Below, piece after piece: positions 13,771-28,272 of a DNA stretch of 64,000 bases. The position numbers were made by a program, and so were the translations under genes. Each line of letters starts with the position of its first letter. Within the stretch, counting starts at the first letter, position 1. Under the pieces are notes generated by a model that saw only the letters and a program-made list of their open reading frames with translations, searched no databases and was not told the DNA's origin. Source of the stretch: Calcarisporiella thermophila CBS 279.70 (lineage: Eukaryota; Fungi; Calcarisporiellomycota); assembly GCF_041956535.1 (NCBI RefSeq), contig NW_027192226.1, positions 60,259 to 124,258 of the forward strand, read 5' to 3'.

Positions 13771-14581
13771 TCTCGCCTTGGCGAAATTGTTAATGAGATA
13801 TAAGTTTTTTTAAAATGCCGAATGTATTCTGGATATAGATTGCTTTTATCGCTACTGAAGCCTGAAAATGGGCACCATTTAAATACAAATGCGTGCTCCC
13901 TAGAAATACATAATTAAATAAATATATCGAGTTACATAAATTGAGAACCCAATCATGAAAAGTGACCGATTTAATGACATATTAAGATGAACTAGTGATG
14001 CAATTTTGGAATCTAGAGTAATATTTATGGGTTTCGGATGCAATGCCCAATTTTGCATAAACTTTCCGAAATATGTCAACTGTAGACACAGAAAGAGTCC
14101 AGAAAAGTGATCATCTGAATCAAATAGCTTCCATATTAAATTTATAGTTGTCCATTGAGTAATTTATGTTCAAGGGAATAAAAGCATCTTAAAACCCATA
14201 CTTGTGTTAACTCTCAACTAAGCTGCTAACATTTAAACATTTCGCCATGTGATACTTAAACTTTTGCTATTTACTGATTCGTTGATATAAAAGTGAATGC
14301 TAACTATACTATCATATATTATAAAAATAAAATGTAAATAGGAAACCATGAAAAATGAATATATACAAATATACAATTGTATAACAAATATTCTGCATAT
14401 AATCATAATAATATAATTACTATTAAAGTGATAGAAATATGATTAATTGTCTTGATGCAGGCAATAATAATGAGGGTAAATTTTCGGAGCAGTGAGTACA
14501 TATATCGAAATCTTCGTTATTCGAAAGGCAGTGTGAGTGCGCTCCAATCACAGTCCAATTAAAATGCTATGACTTTTCCTA

Positions 14582-16682
14582 TCAATAATGCAACGAACTT
14601 GTATGCTGCAGAGGAAATGGAAGTAATGCGGTTCTTGGTGGATACTGACTTGGCTTGTGTACAACCATGACAAGAAGAGTATTATGATGGATTGCGGTCT
14701 CGCTTAAACATTCCAGTGCAGTTATGGAGCAGAGACTTACACAAGGAATAACGACTGGCAATAATGTTTGACTGGATTGCTCACTCGAGTTCGAACCAGA
14801 AAACAAGAACTCTTCTCTACGCTCAGTTTGACAGAGGAATTGCTCAATCATTCGGATGAGTTTAAGTGCAGGGTACCCGAAAAACCCGGACTCCAATAAT
14901 TGAAGTATTGATTCTAGTTGTCTGACCGCTTCTCGACGCTCTTCCTCCATTCCTGATTCCGCCACAAGGACATAGATGCATACGCTTGTATTCAAACTAA
15001 ATAATAAAATCGGATGGAGAGAAGAATTGCATGTGTTTGAAAGAATCGCTTTCGCCATATCCACTATTGCATTTGCCAATGACATACATTCTAGTATGGT
15101 CTGAATCTCGAGGAAAAGCAGTAGGTTGTCCTCTGTCTTAGGAAAGTGGGAATGTATGCTTATGGTGTTGAGGTAGAGCATGAGCTCCGCTCTACTGATA
15201 AATGGCAAGTCGCTAGGAATTAAGTCCACTGTCTCTCTCATTATCGCAGGCATGGTTCCTAAATATTGTTGCAGAGGTAAAATCTTGCAGCCTTCAGATG
15301 TATCTTGTTCCTTCTCCCACAAGCAAAACTTAGGGGTTGAATTAATCTGCATCCAGATCCCAGCCATAATGACCGTTATAAATGCGTAATTATAGAAATC
15401 ACGAATTGCTTGTGCATGCTCTTGTAGTCCCATGATATTCCCCTGTTTCTCTTCTAGTGCATAAATTGCCGATTCCTTCTCAGACATGACAGGCAGCTTC
15501 ACTTTCTCGGCGATTAGACGAGTATTCACCCTCGATCCGAAGTGGAAATAAGCCCAAGTGTCTAAATTGCGTATTAACCACCAAACGTTATTGCGAAGCT
15601 CTTGCTCCACTGGATCGAGTTTTTGATCAAATTGTTCACTATCCTGCTCGTGAATCCTCAGATCGAATGCCATTTTGATCGCCATTGACACCAGAGCAAT
15701 CCCTCTTTTTGACTGAAGGTTTTCGGTCGTATGAATCCCAAGGAGAAGTAAGGCTTGGAGTTTAGTTAGTGAGGGTTCGAGAGTCTCTTGCTCAAGAAGT
15801 GACAGTGCATATTCAATAAACACCGATCCTGGCTTTCTGCTGGCTGTCTGGTTGTAAATAGGTGATTCTAATTTCCCCAAAACGGTTCCAAAAACAACTG
15901 AGTAGAGTAATGGGTCGTATTGCTGTTTTTGATAATTCTCGAGCATTATGGTGCGGCTTAGCACAACTGAATTTGGCATTACATGAAACCATTGATTAAT
16001 GAGCACAAGTCCTTGATCGTGTGGAAGAGAATGCAGTGGGTTGGTGTGCTGCAAAATGAAGCTTTGATCATAGCTATTCACATCCTCCGTCTGGTGGGAT
16101 AGAGGGAATTTTTTTCGCAACTTTTCGCCTGAACTCAGCGCACTGGTCCTCTCAATATAGATGGCCAGTAGATCATGCGTTAATATCTTGTTTACAGGGA
16201 GTCGAGATTCACACAAGCCAACTGCTTTGGAAACTATTGTGCTGATATTTGCATGTTCTACTGTGGGGATAATCTAACATATGGAGAGTATTCGAGTAAG
16301 GATATATCCTGATTTTAGAGTTAAAATTCTCATTTACCCCAATCATATCTTTTATGCCACAAAGCCTTCCAAACATCCACTGAAACTGCTCCAACAGACT
16401 TCCCTTCCTCCTTGTGCTTGTCAAGGTGGGATGATTAGCGATAAAGAGAATTTGCTCGTGTTGCTGCAAAAAATCACTGCGAGGACGTCCTCTACGTACT
16501 GTAAATTCTCTCTGCTCGAACCAGCATCGGATGCCAAGCATATTGCAACGTAAACAGCCGTCGAAGTTACCATCACATTTAATTTTCTTATTACGGCACG
16601 CATGGCATGCCCTAGTTGATCTTTGCTTCTTAATAATAGGTGGATTCGGCGAAAAGGGTACAAAAGTTTTGACTGGTGGCAT
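14582..16682 (-). CDS. Zn(II)2Cys6 transcription factor, array copy 6, ~678 aa, 2 exons (16682-16338, 16273-14582)
   Basis: Cluster CHACRNKKIKCDGNFDGCLRCNMLGIRC then RRGRPR. Intron 16337-16274 (GTAAAT...TAG) gives MIG|IIPTVE in frame. Confidence 0.88.
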
Positions 16683-18578
16683 TTTTATATTTTACAGTTA
16701 TAGTTCAATGCTCATACGTTCTATGAGTATAGCTCTTGATGCCAAAAATGAAGATAGTATATAAAGTAAAGAATAAGCTATAGAACAACAGGGATGAATG
16801 TAAATTTAAACAGATCTTTCAAATAAATATGTCAAAAAAATATTCTTTTAAGGTGTCTTTTATTAAGATATTCGAAACACTGGATTTATATCAGTTTCGG
16901 ATAGGTATATATTTTATGACTGAACTTTGCCAAACGCTAAACCTAACACAAGACCATCCTCAGCCGAATGCCCTGATTGGAATTTAAGGACCCTAAGATC
17001 ACAAGTACTATTGGAGTTTCATTTTGTGCCAATATATGTTAAATTAAAACTGACACCGGAGTGAAATGGCAAGTTATGTCTTGTTTATGCCCGGCTTCCA
17101 TTAATAACTACAGAGGCAATTTAGTTTTAATAGAATTCTTTTGTCTTATAAATCTTTTTTCCAAGGATCTGGGTTGAATTGGACCAATTAGCAAAATATA
17201 GCATGGAGACTGAGAAAGACAAAACGGGTTTAACTATATCGCCTTATTAATACTCGGTAAATAGCACGGCTATCTGTACTGTAAAGTAAATCTTGATTTA
17301 TAAACGACCAAACGGAAACCCATGGCTAAATAATAAATGGTTTATCCGGCAATAAGGTGGCTATTGAAATCAACCCTTCACGTTGATGCAAAATCCAAAT
17401 GGTAAATCTTAAATGATACACCAGGTATTATAGTTACGAAAAATGTGAAGAGTTTAACTGCGACTATTTAATAAACGCGATTTCAATGAAAGACATTAAA
17501 AACATTTGCCCTGCATTCCAAAAAGGGGAAAATTTTCCCTGTCAAATCGCCAACATGTTCAATATACACTCTATAACAACTGATAAGACCGTTAAAGGAG
17601 AGTGAAAATTGCGCCTTTCAAAAGGCGGCACATTGGATGTTATAGAATTACGAGTAATGAGAAGAGGGGATTATTGTTACGTTATTCTCTTCAGACCATC
17701 GTAAAAACGCTGAGGAACTTATGAAATATCTTAAAGATTTTTACAATTAAGGTATGTTGATTGTTAGCATGAGCTATATCCTACAACTAAACTGATAATT
17801 TTGACCTTAGGTAACCATTTTTATGTTTGTATATCGAGCTATGCGCTTGGAGTTTGCATTGAAGTAAATAATCCGTTTAGAGATGAAGGGAATTAAATAA
17901 CGTTTTCAGATTGAATTCGAAATATATCCATGAGTGCGGCTGGTAGACGATACCACTATAAACATATGTGTGAATCCCTCAACGGTATCCATATTAAAGT
18001 TACATATATACATGAATGAGAATTATTGAAGGTGGGATCATGCTACTTCTTATGGTGTTGTCTATACCAATTGAAATAGTGGAGAACTTATTGCATTTTA
18101 ATGCTACAAAAATCAGATAAAGATACTTTTTGTGGAAACGACACATCACATCAAGTGCAATGCACCATATTATGCAAGTTTACGTGAAAAAACGTGTGTT
18201 GTTGATGTAGCTGAAATAAGATATAAGAAGTAATAGTTAGCAAAGGAGAGAGTCCCTTCTAAAAAACTTGCAATGGCTTTGGATTTAAAGATCTAATGGC
18301 CACTGTTTAAAAATGATCTAAAAAAACTTCAACGTTAATATACTAACCTAAGTTCCTGTTAATAATTTTTCTTTGCAACTTACTGTAAAATCGAGTCCCG
18401 TAAAATTAAATCAAATGTATGGTTTTCTTCGTTCATTTCGATTTATTAAATGCTTAAAATTTGCAAAAGAATATAGATAACAATTTCAATAAATGCGTAT
18501 AAATTTACAACCTGTCACAATTTGCGACATAATGATGAAACACAAAATGAAAATATATATGCTATGAGAATATTGTTA

Positions 18579-21049
18579 TTAAGCTCCAACAAATGCGTTA
18601 AAATGTTCTGATGGAGCTGAGCACTTCACTAGTTCATTAACAAATTCGGTGTCGCACTCGGCCTGTATCTCCATATTACCAGGCACATTTCCATCCCAGA
18701 CACTAAACACATCTTCTGCCATGACTAAATCCGTAGATAGTGGAGAAGCATGCGATGAAGGTTCGGGGGAGGATTTGGATGAGAAAGTGCTCGCTATTAT
18801 TTCATGCAATGGTATAATGAACGAAAGGTCTGATGACGAGAGCTGAGGCATTTCCGTCGCAAATATATCCGCTACCGAAGGCTCTGGATCAAGAAGCTCG
18901 GCAGATGTAGATGAAGAATTAAGTTTATCAAGGATGGGTAGAGCCAATTCTTTATGTGCACCCAGATCCTGCTGCAGGTGCTGCTGATCAGACATGGCAA
19001 GTGGCAAGGATGTAAAAAATGATGGTTCAGGCGAAAACATGGAGGGAGGCTGCTCGTTATTGGATACCAGCATCGCCAACAGTGTATCTTTTCCCTGTCC
19101 TGTTTCATCCGAATCTCCTGCTCGTGCTAGTGACCTGAGACTTACGCGGGGAATTTCAGCTGGCACCAAGATTTGACGATCCCCATTCATACTTGGTGAG
19201 GTTACCCCTTGGTGCTTTTCTGCGTGGGCGACGAAATCTTCAAGTTTTCGCATCATCCTCAAGTCATAGCATACTGGTCGCGTGCTCGCCAGTAATTCCA
19301 TTATATCCCTTAAGTTACGGATTGCCTTAACTTGCTCCTCATTTGTCCCTATTTGTGCAACAAGAGAGTATACTGAGATGCATGTGTTCAATCCGAAAAC
19401 GACGATCGAGTGAAGCATCTGGTCGTCGCACACAGACTCTGCCAGATCCATAATTTTGTCCGCTGATTTTATACACTCCATTAATGCATTGGTTTGGATG
19501 AACAAGGTCCCACTATCGTCAGTTGTTTGGAAGAGGGAATGGATGATGAGAACATTGAGGTATAAGAGCAATTCGGCGGACTCTGTCGAAGCTGGTTCAG
19601 CAGAAATGGATTTTTCCAATGTGGATATGGTAGAATGCAAAGATAACAGATAATGACGAACGGAGCGTGGCCCACTACATGCTGGCTCGGATTTATCGGG
19701 AACAAATAAGGACTGAAATTCGGTGGGCGGTGCGATCTGGGTCCAGATGTCTGATAGTATATTTGTAAGGAAAGCGGAATTATAGAAGGACCGAATTGCC
19801 TGCGCAGTTTCTTGCAACTGTATAACGTGTCCGTGACATTTATCGAGTGCGTATAACACTGATTCTCTGTAGTCCTTGACCGGCAGTTTGATAGTGGATA
19901 AAAACATGTCGTGATCTAATCTCGATCGAATATGCAAATACCCCCACGTGTATGATATACGCATTGCCCACCAGAGGTTCGTTCTGAGTTCTCGCTCTAC
20001 GGGAATGAGAACTTGATCAAAAGTTTCGCTATCCTGCTCTGGTATGCGTAGTTCTGACGCCATTTTCCATGCTGTTGCCAACAATGGGATTCCCATTTTC
20101 GATTGACCTCGGTAAATAAGATGGCAGCCCATAATGAATACTCCTTGTAGCTTTGTGAGCGAGACACTGGACTCTTGGCGTTCAAGAAGGAATAACGCAT
20201 ACTCAGTGAATTCTGAACCAGGCAGCCCACTCTTAGTTTGGTCAAATACAGGCAATCCCATTAAGCTCAGTGCCGAGGCAAAAAGAGTTGAATATAGGAA
20301 CGAGTCGTAACGTTGTTCACGGTAGTTTTGTAACACGATCGTACGGTTGAGGATGGGCGAGAATGGGTGGAGCTTGAACCATGCGTTAATAAGCATTATA
20401 GCCTGATCGTAACTGAGCGACTGGAATGGATTTTTCGGTTCAGGCGGAATCTCTGGTGCAATGTCATTCTTGGCTTCGAATGAATTAACGTAAGGAAAAT
20501 TTTTCATGACGCTCGTTCCTTTGCTCAATGTATTCATTTTCTCGATAATAATAGCTAACATGTCGCTCGTCATCATTTTGTTTCCTGGCGAGTGTGTGAA
20601 TTGTACACCTTTAGTCCATTTCCAAGGTCCAGTTTCACGCTTATTAAAACATATTGGCTTGATCTAAGAGGAAGCAGAAAGTTAGACACTGTATTTCGAG
20701 TCATTGTGCCAAATTCTTTGCATACCCCTAGGCTACTGATATAAGGATCCAGCTTTTGTACAATCATCCAAACTTGTCCACATAGTCCTGATCGGAGGCT
20801 GTTTTGAGGGTGATGAGTATTGAATAGCAAATGCTCGTTTTGGTTGGTTAAACGACGCGGAGGACGACCTCTGCGAGCATTGTTGTCCACGAAAAGGCAT
20901 TGGATATTCAATATCTTACACCTCGAACATCCTTCGAGATTTCCGTCGCATTTGACCTTCTTTTGCCGGCAGGCAAGGCATGCTTTACGGCATATTTTAT
21001 CATTTAAGATGTCGTAGAGTATAAAGGAGCGTTTTGTAATGGGAGGCAT
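18579..21049 (-). CDS. Zn(II)2Cys6 transcription factor, array copy 7, ~802 aa, 2 exons (21049-20726, 20663-18579)
   Basis: Cluster CLACRQKKVKCDGNLEGCSRCKILNIQC then RRGRPP. Intron 20725-20664 (GTATGC...CTAAC...TAG). The spliced WKWTKGVQFTHSP matches copy 2 PWNRGRKFTHAP. Confidence 0.9.
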
Positions 21050-23180
21050 GCTTATAGTTTGTTATTTAATATCTTCTACTATCTTAATGCAATCCACAAA
21101 CAAAAAATGAGTGTAAGTGAGTGATTAAGGATTTAATTTTCCTCGGCGGCTAGGCACATTTATATATATTTGTGAAGAGGAAGATTTTGAAACTAAACTT
21201 TGCCAAATGGTTTTAGTTATGCCCAATTCCCGGTTCACGAGGTTTCATAGAAACCGATTTGGAATCCTCTTTAACCCATGGAGAAATAAGGACGAGAAAT
21301 AAAAATCGAAAATTCAATGCAACATTTGGCAACAACCAATATTCTAATAATTACATGGTTTTTAGAATAACTAAAAATAATAAAATTGACCCGATTAATT
21401 CTTTCTTTAAGTCAACATTGTTGCGATTAGAGATCTTAAAGGTACTATTTTTCGCTCTTATACCCTCCAAAGAGAAATGAATCTAATCAACCGCGATCAT
21501 CCACTCTAACGCCATACCAAAACTTTTAATAGGGTTCAAGGAGGTTCATCCACCATCAGGTTTAGAAAAACTGAGCAAATTGTTTATGGGTTTCCGACCG
21601 AGGCTAATTCACAGAACCCCTGAAAGGATCCAAACATTCCCAATTTGTAGCTTAATTTGTTTCCATATTTAGCGAGCGCCAATACTTAACAAGAACCAAC
21701 TTCGAAACTCCGTTCTTAAAGGAAAAATATGTACAATAAAACTTTCCATTTTTATCTAGCTAATAGCTATATGCTAAGTAAAATACTAGAGCAGCACATT
21801 AATAATAATCAGTGATAACAAAATGGAATATACTCTTGTACGAGTTGGAATTTCAATAAAATGGAAAGCTATAGAACATGCATCAGAAATACAATTCTGA
21901 CGCCGATGGTATGTTAAAATATATCGCTATTCTGATCTGTAAACTGAACATTTATCATCCTCACCAGTAGGTTTATTCACTCTAGAGATCGCATTGAACA
22001 TATCTGGTAACTACCCTTTTTGTCTAGTATGAACTCCGAAATATATTATAACTTATAATATATTGACTTAGAATTATTTTTACTAATACGAGTATACAAA
22101 GTTTGCATATTACTGAGACACAAACGATCTTGTCTGATTAAAATATTTACAAGCACAGCAAGCAGTACCATTAGTATATACACACGATTCACATAGCATC
22201 TTTCAATATTTTGTTTACAAGCTAAAAAAAAAAGTGGCACTAGTGAGTCACCGGGCAGCGCTATGACTCGAAAATAAAAATATAATCCGCTTCACGTTTG
22301 GTTACAAAATACGGCAGCTAAGAGGAGTAAAGTTAGCAAGATAATATCAACTTAGTGTCCACTCATGGAAGAAAATTGGTCCGAGTGGTTCAGACCAGGA
22401 TCGGCCAGTAAAACTAGATCTAAGAGTATGATCAGTGCTGTGTCAAAAATTTGACAGTGAAATGTGTTATGGAAATTATAATACAATAAGATCAACCCAT
22501 ACGAAACTGAAACTTAACCTTGCGAGTGGAATGGGAATAGTATAAGGTCTTCAGGCGCCAGTATGTTTGGTTTGAAATTTGGAACTATGTAGGTCAAACA
22601 TTAATCACAAACATGAGCATACAGTAGAAACTAATACAGTGGCGATCTTTAGAATAGTGTTGCGGATATTATGTACAAAAAGATTTCTCTTACCTTTCAT
22701 GCTGGAATAAACTGGAATCCATCCGCAATTTTGGTCCTAACCTCCAGTGACATGTAATTGGTATTCTCAATACAAGATTTACTAGGTAGGGAATTGTAAA
22801 ACTAGAAGACAATTACTAAATAAATATAATACCATATTTCTTTTTACTCTTAACACAAACGTTAAACTATGATACATATGCTCACGAATATCAAGAATGG
22901 TATCTTCAGTTGTATTTACACTAGATACTATCATAAGAAAGAAAATGCTCTTTTTAAGCGTGTCATGCAATAAATTCCTAGACCCAAATCTAGTAAGAGA
23001 TGATCTTGATTTGGCGGTTTTTTTTACACCTTGGCCCATTTCGAAAACCGTCCAAGGTAAGTTATCCAGGTAAAAGCGAATTTGTAAACATGACCATCTC
23101 CAGAGGCCCATTTATATTCCTTCGCATTAGCCATCTAGGATTTTGTGCCATACTATTTATTTTTAATATCTAATAGCAGA

Positions 23181-24494
23181 ATGCTTTATATTTTTTTATT
23201 GGTATTTAATATAATCACAGGGGCGCTCTCCATTCATACCCACCCATTAGCGCCTCCCATTCGTATTTCCGAACACCACCACCTCATCCCAGAAAACACC
23301 AATTTTGTTGGAAGAACTAGGAGAAGGGTTTTTATACGTTCACCAGCAAACACAGCGCCGCCTCAACCACAGAACCTCCGAAAATATCAGCAAGGCTATT
23401 CGCCTACACTTCTACCTGGCCAACCTGCATCTGCCATTCCATCGCCCTTGGAATATAGCGAATCCTCTAAATTAAAGCAACTAGGGCACACGGTGGCAGG
23501 GAAAAATGACCAGTCCATGCAAATGGCCGCGGCCCAACCACAGCAGCAAAAATACACCACGCAAACACCGGAACATAATTCAGGAAGGAAAGACATTCCC
23601 TCGGATAATGACAGCATAATTTTCCCTTCAACCCGACTGGCTGTCGCTTCGCCCTCAAAAAAACACTTGGACTTACAGCCGTCCACTCCAAATAATTCCT
23701 TACCGACATTTCAAGCGGCGGCTGGTGTAAAAATGGTAATAGAAGAAGTAACTGCTTTGTCTATGATGCCGCCGGCACCCACTCTATTGGGCGTTGCACC
23801 AACCAGGATTTCCCTTGATCCCTTCACACCAACTACTACTCAGGGAGAACAGCAATGGCCTTCGGCTGAATCTACTTCCTCAGGAAAAAGCCAGCCAACT
23901 GATGTCCCTACTCCCGCCATTACACAACAGAATTACTCGGAAACCCTATTGGAAAAACCGATTGGGATAGCTCTCCTGGTTGTGCCTCTTGTTTTGGTAA
24001 CTCTCTTCCTAATCAGTTGTGGGTGGTACCTTGTAAGAAAACGGAGAAAGCGTATGCTGGAGCAACAAATGTGGAGGCGCATGAGTATCTCTTCCTCTAT
24101 ATCTGATATCCCTGTATTTTCATGCCCAGGGCCGGGTGAAGAGAAGTGCAGGTCGGTGAAAGAGGAGATTGAGGTCACCTCACCTGCACCCACACTCCAG
24201 CCTTCTCAGTATCATATGAGAGAGATGTACTTGAAGGAGTCTCGAAGAACTAACCCAAAGCTCTTTCTCCCATTGCTCACCACGACACGCAACTCTATTA
24301 GCCTCACGCCAGTTACTTCTCGAAATGACATCCTCATACGCGGGAATATTGGCCTCGACTATGCCCACTACCTCTCACCTTCAACCACCGTATCAGATAT
24401 CCCTTCTTATTCTTCGGGCTCTACAATTTCAATCAACAATCTAAAGCATTGCAACTCCCGTTTTTCTGCCTCTATTACCTATCCGCCCTTGTGA
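23181..24494 (+). CDS. Single-pass type I membrane protein with Ser/Thr/Pro-rich ectodomain (function unknown, cell-surface-sensor-like)
   Basis: Signal peptide MLYIFLLVFNIITGALS, low-complexity S/T/P/Q region, TM IGIALLVVPLVLVTLFLISCGWYLV, basic stop-transfer RKRRKR, Ser-rich tail. Confidence 0.8.
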   Translation: MLYIFLLVFNIITGALSIHTHPLAPPIRISEHHHLIPENTNFVGRTRRRVFIRSPANTAPPQPQNLRKYQQGYSPTLLPGQPASAIPSPLEYSESSKLKQLGHTVAGKNDQSMQMAAAQPQQQKYTTQTPEHNSGRKDIPSDNDSIIFPSTRLAVASPSKKHLDLQPSTPNNSLPTFQAAAGVKMVIEEVTALSMMPPAPTLLGVAPTRISLDPFTPTTTQGEQQWPSAESTSSGKSQPTDVPTPAITQQNYSETLLEKPIGIALLVVPLVLVTLFLISCGWYLVRKRRKRMLEQQMWRRMSISSSISDIPVFSCPGPGEEKCRSVKEEIEVTSPAPTLQPSQYHMREMYLKESRRTNPKLFLPLLTTTRNSISLTPVTSRNDILIRGNIGLDYAHYLSPSTTVSDIPSYSSGSTISINNLKHCNSRFSASITYPPL

Positions 24495-24952
24495 GCATAT
24501 TCACGCTCCAATGCAGTTTCATATGAGAGTAATGTAGAGGGTATGAGAGCTACACATTGTACAAGAGCCAATCTTTAATTTTTGTGGGGATGGTCACCTG
24601 TCATTCTCTCTGCTTTCCTTGTTTGGGCAGTTTGACCACATTTTAGTTCTGTTATATTAGCATCTTTAAATTGCTTGATGATCTTATAGCTATTATGATC
24701 TTCTGGTTACCTTTTTTGCTCTCTTTATTTTAACATAAATAAAAAGGTCACTTCAAAGTTTATTATCTCAAGCTTCCTTATTGGAAGATTATCCATCCGC
24801 AATACAAAAGTGAATAATAAAATAGCAATAATAGGGCAAAACGCGAAAAGTGTGGTCAAGATACATGAAAAAACAAGGCAAATAAACAAATAGGAATAGG
24901 GATATATAAAATATATTTTAACTGAATGAATAATAAAACAATAGTAGAAGGA

Positions 24953-27569
<2,617 letters not shown>

Positions 27570-27731
27570 TATTTTTTGCAATTAGAGATGGAGAACAGTA
27601 AAAGACTATGATCTCATAATATATGCATTTTGTTGAGGGTGAGTAAGTGGCGCTGAATTCGACTTGCACATCATCTTTGACGGGTCCGAAGTAGTAGTAA
27701 TTCCTTCTCTCCATCCTCTACAAGGTCCACC

Positions 27732-28272
27732 ATGGTGAGTACAAAGCAACTAAACAGATGACGACTTGTAACAAGGACGGAATGGATGGATTGATGAGTG
27801 ATGGATGATTTCACTTAAAGATATGAGCTGACATACTTTTTTTATTTCAATAGACTAAGGGCACACAATCCTTCGGAAAGGTTAGTAGCCTGTCCATCTA
27901 CATCTGCAACCGCCACATCCTGAAATCTCATTGTTTTATTTATTTTCATTTATGACATTTAGAGGCACACCAAATCTCACACGCTCTGCAATCGTTGCGG
28001 TCGTCGCTCCTTCCATAAGCAGAAGGCCACCTGCGCTCAATGCGGATACCCTGCCGCAAAACTCCGCCACTATGAGTGGGGTCAAAAGGCGAAGCGAAGA
28101 AAGACGACTGGCACAGGAAGAATGCGCTATTTGAAGGGTGTAAGCCGTCGTTTCAAGAACGGCTTCCGCGAAGGTAAAATCAAAACCATATCACGACGAA
28201 ATAGGCATAGTATTCTGATAAATGCAATCTTTAGGCTCGCAAGCTGTGAAGAAAGTTCTGGCTTCCGCTTAA
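27732..28272 (+). CDS. RPL37: 60S ribosomal protein L37 (eL37); exons 27732-27734, 27854-27880, 27963-28173, 28235-28272
   Basis: Spliced translation M|TKGTQSFGK|[71 protein letters not shown]|[11 protein letters not shown]. Only its C-terminal part appears in the ORF track. Confidence 0.97.

Noticed and set aside
1801-21049. Treating the short Zn-cluster ORFs and the long downstream ORFs as separate genes or programmed frameshifts
   Set aside because: In all six intact copies a canonical GT-AG intron at the same position joins them in frame.
22244-22269. Inverted pair of AP-1/Gcn4-like sites (TGAGTCA...TGACTC)
   Set aside because: Short motifs ~0.9-1.2 kb from the nearest ATGs, with no supporting evidence.
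27790-27832. C/D-box snoRNA in RPL37 intron 1 (TGATGA...CTGA)
   Set aside because: The span is only ~40 nt, and the CTGA is better explained as the branch point GCTGAC.
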